Shown one piece after another: positions 1 through 9,287 of a DNA stretch of 10,866 nt. The notes under the pieces are model-generated. The model was not told where the DNA came from, searched no databases, and saw only the letters and a program-made list of their open reading frames with translations. Origin of the DNA: Salpingoeca rosetta (taxonomy: Eukaryota > Protista > Choanoflagellata); NCBI GenBank assembly GCA_033442325.1, contig JAWQFM010000022.1, forward strand, positions 1,150,531 to 1,161,396. The letters run 5' to 3'. The translations under genes and the position numbers were made by a program. Within the stretch, counting starts at the first letter, position 1. Every line of letters starts with the position of its first letter.

Positions 1-1443
1 TGTACGCAGCAGCTGCACGTGCTGCCGCTGTGTTCTGCGATTGTGCCGCTGGTGGCGTGGTACACGCGCGTTCGCCTGCACTTCCAAGGTAAATTGGCGC
101 GCGACAAGGTGCAGGGCGAGGGCGCCATGACCCACGCGCAAGCAGTAGCAGAGATGCAGGCCGCTGGCGTGGAGGATGCGCAGAGCCGCTTTGACGCGTT
201 TATGGCGGCGTGGAACCGGATCGTTGCGCACCAGGCGCTGTTGTTTGAGGGCGAGACGATGACAGAGGACGGGTCTGTTGTGCAGGACGACGAGGCGCCC
301 CACGGCCGGTTCGAGTGTGAGCCACTGCAGCCCTTCCCGCCCATGTCGCCTGCAGCGCCGCTGGCGTACTCGCTGCTCTCTGACCGGGGAGAGGGGTCCC
401 GCCTCTACATCATGCTGCACCAGCTCACGCACGTGCAGAACCAGCACATGGACCGGGTGGTGAACCTGTGCGAGCCCGGTACTGCGGCGCACCGCGCTGT
501 GCAGCAAGGGCCTGCTGGCCAGGTGCTGGTGCAGAGCGTGGACGTGACCAAGGCGAGGCCGCACCAGGTTGTCTCTGTGGTTGTGGACGACGGTGTGGTT
601 GCGCACGCGTACGCGCACACGGCGCTGGGCCACGGACGGCGCACGATTGTCAACTGGCAGGCCGTGGAGAACATGGTGCTGCAGCACACGTTTGTCGGCA
701 AGGTGAAGTTTGAGCGTGTTGACCCGGCCAAGTGCGGGTTCCTGTTTGGGCAGGAGCAAGGCGTGCCCTTCCTTGAGCTGTGCGACCGGCTGTTCACGGC
801 GCACAAGCAGTACTGCCGCTCCATCACCCCCGAGCGGGTGCGGGCCATGATTGAGTCGTCCAACTTCCAGCCGTCCATCCACGACCTGCGCAGCAAGCTG
901 GAGGTGCTCATGTCGCAGCTCAACGACCACCTGCTTGGCATGGGCGGCGACGCGTCTGGCGTGGGCAACTTGCTGTGCAGGACGACGCTGGCCGAGTTTG
1001 CGCTGATGGCGCGGCCGGTGGATGCCACGTCGCTGGCGCTGCTGCAGTCGTGCGGGTGCCACGACCTGGCAGTTGGGCAGCTCTTTGCGCTCTTTGAGCT
1101 GGTGTACGAGCAACTCATCTTCCAGGAGTCGCGTGGGCACACGCCGCTGGAGGACGAGGCCGATGGCGCCATTGTCCGCGACCTGGGGGAGGCGCAGCGG
1201 GCCGAGCGGTTTGTTCCTGCCGCGGTTATGCACACGCTACGGCGGTTCTACATCACCCACTACGCGCAGTACCAGCACATGGGTGACATGCCGCTTGCCG
1301 ACTTCTGGGGCAGCCTGATTGAGGAGCCCGTGTTTGTCATGGACGACCTGGCGAACCCGCAGCAACAGCTGCAGCTGCCAGACTCGCTGCTCCTGCGTCA
1401 CGTCGTGCCGCTCTACGTCTGGCTGCACCAACTGCCGCAGTGA
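1..1443 (+). CDS. RNF213 (mysterin)-like E3 ubiquitin ligase, C-terminal region; 5'-partial last exon
   Basis: Frame 1 is open from base 1 to TGA at 1441-1443 with GC-ending codon bias. Compared from memory, the translation has blocks colinear with the human RNF213 C-terminus: RFDAFMAAWNRI ~ RITVFLSTWNKL; LLSDRGEGSRLYIMLHQLTHVQNQHM ~ LLPRRRGLGLCATALVSYLIRLHNEIV; QSVDVTKARPHQVVSV ~ YSVDAAEVTELHVISY; NWQAVENMVLQHTFVGKVKF ~ DLEKIQRQIVSRFLQGKPRL; GMGGD ~ TAGGD; LPDSLLLRHVVPLY ~ FPEEILLASCVSVW at the terminus. CAG at 7-9 or 10-12 could be a splice acceptor. Confidence 0.72.
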   Translation, partial: CTQQLHVLPLCSAIVPLVAWYTRVRLHFQGKLARDKVQGEGAMTHAQAVAEMQAAGVEDAQSRFDAFMAAWNRIVAHQALLFEGETMTEDGSVVQDDEAPHGRFECEPLQPFPPMSPAAPLAYSLLSDRGEGSRLYIMLHQLTHVQNQHMDRVVNLCEPGTAAHRAVQQGPAGQVLVQSVDVTKARPHQVVSVVVDDGVVAHAYAHTALGHGRRTIVNWQAVENMVLQHTFVGKVKFERVDPAKCGFLFGQEQGVPFLELCDRLFTAHKQYCRSITPERVRAMIESSNFQPSIHDLRSKLEVLMSQLNDHLLGMGGDASGVGNLLCRTTLAEFALMARPVDATSLALLQSCGCHDLAVGQLFALFELVYEQLIFQESRGHTPLEDEADGAIVRDLGEAQRAERFVPAAVMHTLRRFYITHYAQYQHMGDMPLADFWGSLIEEPVFVMDDLANPQQQLQLPDSLLLRHVVPLYVWLHQLPQ

Positions 1444-3064
1444 TGTGTGCGTGTGTGTGTGTGGGGTGGGGGGCTTGTGGGTTGAGTGTGTGGGTGGGTG
1501 TGGGTGGGTGATTTTTGGGAGTGGGTTGTGGAGGGGGGGGATGTTGGGAGAGGGAGCTGTATGATGTAGATGAGTGTTGCTTTCAGTTCTTTGACAATGC
1601 GTTGTCGTGTTACGTTATTCTCTTGCTTGCCTGTGTTACTGCCATTGGAGGGAGTTGTGTTGTTCAAGATACACACAAGGTCCTAAGGTCTGCATTCATG
1701 GCGCGCCCTTGAAGGTCTTCCTTCCTTCCTTCGACAATCGACGATTCACAACACCACAAAGTGCACAATGCTGACAAACCCACACATCGCTGCTGTCCTT
1801 CGGTGTGTCGAAGGCGGTGAAATTTTCGATTTCGCACGTTTGAGGTGGTTCCGTTGCACACGCACCACCAGCAATATGGCTTCGACTGCTGCGCCTTTGC
1901 TTTGCTTCGCTTCGCTTGCTTGCTTGTGTGTGTGTTATTTTTGGGTGTGCAAGCAGCAAGCAAGCAAGCAAGAAGCAAGCATCAGTGCAGCAAGCAACCG
2001 CACGCACGCACGACAAGCAACACCTTCTTCTCTTGTGTGGGTGATTTGTGACGTGCACACATCCTCTGCTTCTGCTTCTGCTTCTCCTTCATCTCCGCCA
2101 CGTCAAACATTCGACGTTGCACGAGCAGCTAAGGCCAACCACACAGCCAGCCCAGCACAAGGTTTGTCTTTGATTGATGAACATGTGTGAGTGTGTGTGT
2201 GAGTGTGTGTGTAAACGTGTGTGCCAATGTGTGAACATGTGCGTGAGGCGTGTGTCATTTTCCCTTCAACCACAACCACAACCACAACTTGCTTGTGTCG
2301 TTGTCCGCATTCCACACCAGTGCGTTCGCGGTGGGTTGTCCCCCACGCGACAACAGCATCAACACTTGCACCATCATCACCATCAATCCGCCTGCATAAC
2401 GCACGCATACCACTTCTGCCTGTTTCTCGTGTTTGGGTGTCCCACCAACCAACACCCCCAACACACCGTTTTTTTCGCCTTCTCCCCACTCCTGTGCCTT
2501 CCTTCTTTGCTTCTTCCATCCTCCCAACCATTTCAGCGACAGCACGCGCTCGCTGATCGTTGGTCGGCAATCACCGCACCAACAGCACCTCAGCACTCAC
2601 GCTACTCCCTTCTTGTTGTTGTTGCTCGGCCCCCAATACTTTCTCTTCCTGGGTGGTGGTCAAATCAGATCGTTTTCATTTTTTGCGTCGTTCCCGTCGT
2701 TCCTGTCGTCGCTTTCGACTCCAGCAGGTACGTGTATGTGTGTGCATGTATGTCTGTGTGTCAGTTATCGCCAACACCACCACCACACCACGTTGCACGA
2801 GCACATTTGTTTGTTTGTGTGTTGTTCGCAGTCGATAGTCGTGTGTGTTCGCTCGTTCATTTGCCACAACGGGCACTGATACCGTGATATCAGGCCTCCT
2901 TGACCTCTCCCCCCCCCCTTTCCGTTTTGCTGCTTCCATTGCCCGACACACACTGTCACGCACGATCAACAAAAACAACTACTTCCACCACTTCTGACTG
3001 ACACACCACCTCTTACACCGCCTTCGTCCCCTTCTCCTTCCAACAACAACAACACACGCATACG

Positions 3065-4064
3065 ATGAGCAGCGCCTTTGAGTGCCGCAACGCCCGGCCC
3101 GTTGCCCCTTCACCGCCTTCATCGCCAAAGGCACGGAAGAAGAAGCAGACGACCAGCAAGGCCGTCTTCTCGCCTTCCCCCGTCCATTGGTCCACATCAA
3201 CAACAACAACAGCGACAGCAGCCAGAGGCAGCAGCAACAGCTACAACAAGAAGAAGCAAGGTCACAACGGCAGCAGCGCCAACAGCAAGCCAGCACCAGC
3301 AGGTCTCATTGTTGTCAAGCGGAAGAAGAGGTCCACCAGCACCCAGCAACAAACCACCACCAGTGCCCCTTCGCCAGAGCAGGTTCACTCACCGCCCTCA
3401 CCGCTGAGCAGGCCCATTCCCAAGCCATCTTCCACTTACACCACCTCAGCACAGCACCACCAGCAGTTCCAGCAGCAGTGTCACCTCACCACTGCCACTG
3501 CAAGCACCACAGCCGCCGCATCAACAGCGAGGGTTGTTTCCCCAACCGAAACGTCTGCGTTCGTGTCCCTGGAGACCATGCGAAACGCCGGTATTCGCCA
3601 CCCAACACAGCACCACCACAACACCACTGCCACCGCCATGAGTCGCCGTGACAACGCCACAACCAAGCACCAGCAGCAGCACAGCCCAGGCAAGCCCCAC
3701 CACGAGGATGACATGGACGACTGGGTAGAGGCCGAGCTGCGGCAGGTCACCGACCGCATGACATCCGATGTCGCCAACCCATCCAAGACGACGGCAACAG
3801 CGGCGTCCACAGCGGGCAAGGCCGACGTCTCCACCACCGGCAATGGCGACGACAGCGACGAGGAGTTTTCCGATGCCAGCGACGTGCTTCGTCTCGACGC
3901 CACCACCACCACCACCACCATGGCCGAGGCAACAACAACACCAACAGGCAAGACAACGACGACCGCCACAGCAACAACAACAGCCGCCGTGACGTCGCTC
4001 CTGCAAACGCCAACGTCAGGCACCACCAACGTGTGGGCTGCCCGCGCCAACAAGCGTGCTGCGG

Positions 4065-4098
<34 letters not shown>

Positions 4099-4678
4099 TG
4101 GGTCGCCACGCGGGTCTGGCGCCAACAGCCCATATGAGGATCCGAGCAACGAGCGGATCCAGCAGCTGTTGGAGCAGCGGCGGCATGGGGCGTCACCGGC
4201 CATGACGCAACGCGAACACCTGCTCACGTCGCCGTTTGCGCACTTGACCAAGGAGGAGCGCATGGAGCGCGTGGTGAAGCAGGTGCACTTCTACTTTGGT
4301 GACCGGAACTACCCGACGGACAAGTTTCTTCGCAAGCAGGCGAAGAAGTCTGCAAACGGGTGGGTGCCGCTCTCCGTCGTGTGCACGTACAAGAAGATGA
4401 AGAAGATCACAGACGACGTGCCGCTCATGGCGGAGGCCCTCAAGCACTCGGATGTGGTGGAGGTGAACGACGAAGGCACAGCCATTCGCCGGCGCAACCC
4501 GCCGCCAAAGTTCCACCCCGAGGCCATTTGCGCCGCAACGGTGGTCGTCACGTTTGTCAACCCGAGAAAGGTGGACCACGCACGTGCGCAGGAGATTATC
4601 ACCGCCGCCCTCAACCCGTTTGGCCGCATTGTTCAGATCAGGAAGGTCGACACCTACGAAGACGTCCCAGGTGTGTTG

Positions 4679-4736
<58 letters not shown>

Positions 4737-5956
4737 ACTTTTGTGTGTGTGCACTTTTGTGTGTGTGCACTTTTGTGTGTGTGCACTTTTGTGTGTGTGT
4801 GTGTGTGCACCTTGTTTTGTGCACATGCCCATTCCACTTGGATGCACAGCGCTGCAAGCACTCTTCCGCCCACCACCTCCCATCGCTCACCTCATTCCTC
4901 CTCCTCCTCCTCCTTCTTATTCCTCCTCCTTATTCCTCCTCCCCACCAACATTACCTTTGGATGCAGATGAGGTGACGCACTTCTATACGAAGATGCTGA
5001 ACAGCGCCATTCCCGCCAACCTCCTCAACACCTCCCGCGGGCCACGGTACCTCGTGGAGTACGACTATGCCGACGAGGCCCTTGATGCCGCCACGGAGCA
5101 GGACGGCCGCGCCTCTGTCTTCCACCGCACCCTCGGCAACCTGCACATTGCCCTGCTGTACAAGCGCCGCAAGCAGCGTGGCGGCGACGCCTCGGGCAGC
5201 AACCGCTCCAGCGCCGTGCAGACCCCGATGAGCGCGTCCACGTCGCGCGCGCACACGCCCGTGATGTTCCAGCAGATGCCGCGCCAGGGCCACCAGCACC
5301 ACCAGCCGCAGGGCAGCCGGCCACAGCGCGGGTGGGAGGCGCTTGCTGCAGCAGGAGGCGCCAACACGACGACCACAACCACCACAACGACACCGGGCAC
5401 CGCCACGGCGAGGCGGAGCAAAGGCGGCTCACCAGGCCGCAGCAGCAGCGTGGGGCGGGCGCGCGCGTCGTCGCTGGACAACAAGACGGCCCGGGCCATG
5501 CAACAGCAGTACCTGTCGCACGTGGACTCGACGGTGCCGACGCCGCCATCGCAGAGCAGGGGTGGCCGGCAGATGAGCCGCACCCCGGACCCGGCGCAGA
5601 TGCGGCGGCACCGCGCGCACACGGTGGACTCTGCCACGGGCCGCCGCAATGCCATGCAGAAGCGCTCCCCGCTCGGCAAGAGCATCACCAACCTCAACGA
5701 GAGTGGTGGCAGTGGCGGCAGCGGCAGCAACAGCTGGCGCAGCGGGGACCACACGGCTGCTCTGCTTGGAACCCCGCCATCCATGGGAGGCACGACGCAG
5801 ACGGGCGGGAGTGGCCGGTCCAGCCCAGGGTCCTCGCCGCTCAAGTTCTCCCACTCACCGCTCGCCAAGGCCGGCAGTGCCGACAAGCTCGTGGCAGCAC
5901 ACTCCGCACCCCGTGCAGCAGGTACATCATTGGTGTTCCTGTGTGTGCGCGCATTT

Positions 5957-6019
<63 letters not shown>

Positions 6020-6396
6020 TGTGTTGAACTCCACTCAATTCCCGTGGTCGTCTTTCTTGCTTTCTTGCTTTCTTGCTGGCTTTGCTGGTTTTGCTGGTTT
6101 TGCTGGTTTTGCTGGTTTTGGTGTGCCTTGTTCGCCATCGCCCATGCACGTGCTCACCCACCCGCTTCTCCTGCTCCCGTGTATCTGTTGCACGCGACCC
6201 ATGATCACAGAGTCCCCAAGCTGGCGCTCTCGCAGCCAGTCTGCGTCGCCGCTGCCCTCTGTCGGCTGGCGTGCGACGACAAGCAGCCCGCGGCCCGTGC
6301 CTGTCTCTGGCCGCACCACGCCCGCCATGGGCGCTATCAAGCGCCTCCCGCTCGGCCCAGACGGCAGCCGTGGCTTCAAGCTCAAGCGAAGTGAGT

Positions 6397-6459
<63 letters not shown>

Positions 6460-6754
6460 CTGTGTGTGTGTACCTGTGTGTCTGTACCTGTGTGTCTGTA
6501 CCTGTGTGTGTGTCTGTACCTGTGTGTCTGTACCTGTGTGTGTGTCTGTACCTGTGTGTGTGTCTGTACCTGTGTGTGTGTCTGTACCTGTGTTTGTGAA
6601 CGCTCGTGCACACGCCCTGTTTTCTGGATTTGACCGACCATCTCCCCCCCCCCGCCTCTACCGTACCCTTCCAACTCACGCTGTCTCCCACCGTATCATA
6701 CACACACTCTCTCTGTTCTTCCTTTCGTGTTCGCCAGCCCTCGTCAACTACTAA
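3065..6754 (+). CDS. LARP6: La-related protein 6 family RNA-binding protein; exons 3065-4670, 4968-5921, 6211-6390, 6738-6754 (918 aa)
   Basis: La motif [17 protein letters not shown]...[18 protein letters not shown]...[18 protein letters not shown] (about 4247-4507). It is followed by a LARP6-type RRM (FGRIVQIR...[11 protein letters not shown]) and a C-terminal LSA/SUZ-C motif [14 protein letters not shown] (6336-6377). Three phase-1 GT-AG introns join into one frame of 2757 nt ending ...GFKLKRTLVNY*. The start codon is the least certain part. Confidence 0.88.
4067..4096 (+). repeat. (CAG)10 coding repeat, poly-Gln in the LARP6 N-terminal low-complexity region
   Basis: Ten perfect in-frame CAG codons. 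Confidence 0.95.
4671..4967 (+). other. LARP6 intron 1 (297 nt, phase 1)
   Basis: Donor CAG|GTGTGT, (GT)27, pyrimidine tract, acceptor GCAG|AT. Removal gives EDVPDEVTHF within the RRM. Confidence 0.85.
4681..4810. repeat. (GT)27 microsatellite followed by ~16-nt (GT)nGCACTTTT units
   Basis: Directly visible in LARP6 intron 1. Confidence 0.95.
5961..6016. repeat. (GT)28 microsatellite
   Basis: Directly visible in LARP6 intron 2. Confidence 0.95.
6072..6121. repeat. 9-nt tandem repeat (TTTTGCTGG), about 5 copies
   Basis: Visible in LARP6 intron 2. Confidence 0.85.
6391..6737 (+). other. LARP6 intron 3 (347 nt, phase 1)
   Basis: Donor GTGAGT, GT-rich satellite, pyrimidine tract and acceptor CGCCAG before a coding stretch of 17 nt (TLVNY*). 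Confidence 0.7.
6397..6597. repeat. Compound GT micro/minisatellite with (TG)n(TC)TGTACC units
   Basis: Visible in LARP6 intron 3. Confidence 0.9.
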
Positions 6755-6829
6755 ACGGGCCAGGGACCCACCCGTCGATTTCAAGTGCTTGTGCCAGCCA
6801 GCAATGGCGCCATGTCCCACGCCACCCCG

Positions 6830-6964
<135 letters not shown>

Positions 6965-7215
6965 CGCCACTGACACGCTGCCACCCATGGTGGACTTGTC
7001 TTGTCTGTTGTTTCGCTGTGAACCCATTTCAAGACCCACTACAAACGTACATGTGACAAGCGTCGTTGCTTGTCACAGTCTCTCGCCCCTTACACCCCCT
7101 GCAGAGAGCGTGTGGGTTGTCGTAGATAACTGATCCGTCGAATCATCACCAGCATCATCGTGAGAGTAAACGAAAAGGCAAACTGCCACGAATATGCAAC
7201 CAAGGAAGAGCGCGA

Positions 7216-7237
7216 GTGTGTGTGTGTGTGTGTGTGT
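7216..7237. repeat. (GT)11 microsatellite
   Basis: Directly visible. Confidence 0.9.
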
Positions 7238-7329
7238 GCCTACGTTTCCCCATCACCCTTCCCCAACCCCCGTTAACACAACCTCGTGTCGTTGTGACAA
7301 GTGAACCAGCGTTGCATCCAAAAGGGCGT

Positions 7330-7335
7330 TTTATT
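7330..7335 (-). terminator. Probable RPL8 polyadenylation signal AATAAA
   Basis: TTTATT on the + strand, about 50 nt downstream of the RPL8 stop codon. Confidence 0.6.
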
Positions 7336-7386
7336 CATGACAGCAGGAAACAGACGAGAACACACCAACCAGCACGCACAACCAGT

Positions 7387-8667
7387 TTAGTCCCTGTTCT
7401 TGTTCTTGCCACCACGAAGCAGACCGGTACGGCGGGCAGCGACGAGACCAACCTGGAGGGACACGAAACGAAGGAGAAAACAAAAGGCAAAACGAAACGG
7501 GCCGCCATGCGTGAGCGTATCAGCAGTGAAACAAGGCAAGCAAAGCAATTGTTCTGGTGCCAAACACGTGCGAGACATTGGCAGCGTCACACGTATGCAC
7601 GCGTATGCACACATACACATACACACGCCGGGCAATCGCAATCGCAATCGCAATCACCACCACGACCGCAGCCAGCACTGACAACCGACGACGAGAACGC
7701 ACCTTGCGGCCAGGGGGAGTGGCGCGAGCCACAGTCGAGGGGTGGCCAATATGCTGATGGTTACCACCACCGTGGGGATGCTCAACTGGGTTCATGGCAA
7801 CACCACGGACACGGGGCCAGCAGTTGCGCTTGGCAGAGTACTTGTACTTGGCGTTACCGGCCTTGAGGAGGGGCTTGTCGATACGACCACCACCGGCAAC
7901 GAGGCCAATCATGGCACGGCATGTGGAGGGCATCGTCTTCTTGGTGCCAGAGGGCAGCTTGACACGGGTCTTGTTGGCGTCCGTGTTGTGGGCGATGATG
8001 GTGGCGTAGTTACCAGAGGCACGGGCGAGGTTGCCGCGGGAGCCGGGCTTCTGCTCGAGGTTGCAGATGATGGTACCCTCGGGCATCTCGCCAATGGGGA
8101 GGACGTTGCCGACGGTCAGCTTTGCCTTGCGGCCGCAGTAGATGAACTGGCCAGTGTGCATGCCCTCGGCGCAGATGAACAGCTCCTTGCGAAGCTTGAA
8201 GCGGTAAGGGTCACGGAACACAACCGTGGCAAGAGGGGCACCACGGCCAGGGTCATGGATGACTGGCAAGTGCAGACGGTGGGGGTGCGGGAGGCAGAGA
8301 AGAAGTGAGACTTTGTGCGCATGGGCTTGAAAGTGTGGCAACACGTAGTTGTGTCAACAAGGGGCGGGGAACATCGCTTTTGCAACTGTCCCTGATGTGG
8401 GCTTGTTTCTCACAAGCCGAATCACCTCATCCCGTTGTCACAGTCGCTCCCTCTCTCGCAGCCCCCTTCTGTTTGAATCGCTTCTTATCATCCCGCACAC
8501 AAGGACACATGGGCATCAAACTCACTGTCCTTGACGAGGCCCTTGATGTAGCCCTGGCGCTCGGAGAAGTCGAGCGTGCGAAGCTTGGCAGCGCCCTTGC
8601 GGTGCTTCGTGTGTGCGCGGAAGACGGATCCGCGACCCTTACGCTGAACGCGAATAACGCGACCCAT
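7387..8667 (-). CDS. RPL8: 60S ribosomal protein uL2 (L8); exons 8667-8526, 8262-7703, 7452-7387 (255 aa)
   Basis: Spliced translation: [59 protein letters not shown]...[25 protein letters not shown]...[25 protein letters not shown]. This is clearly eukaryotic uL2. Introns 8525-8263 (GTGAGT..CCAG, phase 1) and 7702-7453 (GTGCGT..CCAG, phase 0). Confidence 0.97.
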
Positions 8668-9251
8668 CTACACACACCCAAAGAAAAACAGGAGGGCACG
8701 GAAGCAAGAGGAGAGCAACGTGTGAGTGCATGTGTGAGTGACTGAGAGTGTGCGTGCCCGTTGGTGGTGCGCTGTGCAGTGTGCGCGTGACGGACGTGAA
8801 CAGCACACCCACACGCCTGACACACTCGGCACACAGAATCACACGCAGCGGTGCTGTTGGTGTGAAGGGACGGTGTGGCTGGTGGAGTCACTTGCTGGCT
8901 GGTGTGTCTCATCTCCGCTGCTGGTGAAGCGTTTATCTCCGTTCGCGTGGGGACAGGCACTGGCGGCTTTTCACGTGCGCTGTGCGGGTGATGGCTGGCT
9001 GGGGCTGTGCTGGCTCACTCGCTGCTCACAGCTGTTGCGGTTCTCCCCATCAACACACGACGACCGCACGCACACACGCACACACGCACACACGCACACA
9101 CGCACGCACACGAACACACATATAAACACACACGCATCCCCCGCTTCCTTCCCCCCCCCCCTTTTCCTCCACTCAACACACACACCCACACCACGGGCAC
9201 ACAGGCACACCCGCACGATGCCGCTTGGCGCATGCGCCGATATCCACTCAC
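8668..9251 (-). other. Probable RPL8 5'-UTR intron (584 nt)
   Basis: A pyrimidine tract and TAG sit immediately before the ATG (TGTAG|ATG). There is a consensus donor AGG|GTGAGT at 9251 followed by GT-rich sequence. An additional internal exon cannot be excluded. Confidence 0.68.
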
Positions 9252-9287
9252 CCTGCTGGTGGTTGGTTTGGCTGCACGCGAGGTGGT

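Larger units (their letters stand above)
5922..6210 (+). other. LARP6 intron 2 (289 nt, phase 1)
   Basis: Donor CAG|GTACAT, (GT)28, acceptor ACAG|AG. Removal puts the LSA motif in frame. Confidence 0.8.

Noticed and set aside
405-1235. Long antisense ORF (also 3481-4263, 5065-6138, 7742-8308)
   Set aside because: Shadow ORFs opposite GC-rich coding exons, with no recognisable domain.
1768-2887. ORFs 1768-2190 and 2174-2887 as an independent gene
   Set aside because: Low-complexity, UTR/intron-like composition with no codon bias or domain.
3074-3109. PAM2-like [11 protein letters not shown] at the LARP6 N-terminus
   Set aside because: It lacks the critical Phe and Leu of the LNxxAxEFxP consensus.
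3065-6394. Single 1109-aa ORF as the real protein
   Set aside because: It reads through two GT-AG introns (CVCV runs) and misses the LSA motif, which is in another frame.
6397-6597. CRISPR-like repeat-spacer appearance
   Set aside because: The apparent spacers are only variable (TG)n, there are no cas genes, and the context is a eukaryotic intron.
7143-7149. Box C-like GTGATGA on the minus strand suggesting a C/D snoRNA
   Set aside because: No CTGA box D at a suitable distance and no terminal stem.
7520-8344. 274-aa ORF as complete RPL8
   Set aside because: Both ends are intronic; the true N- and C-termini are in separate exons.
8737-8744. Homol-D-like (CAGTCACA) ribosomal protein promoter element
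   Set aside because: One mismatch, located in a CA-rich intron segment where such words arise by chance.
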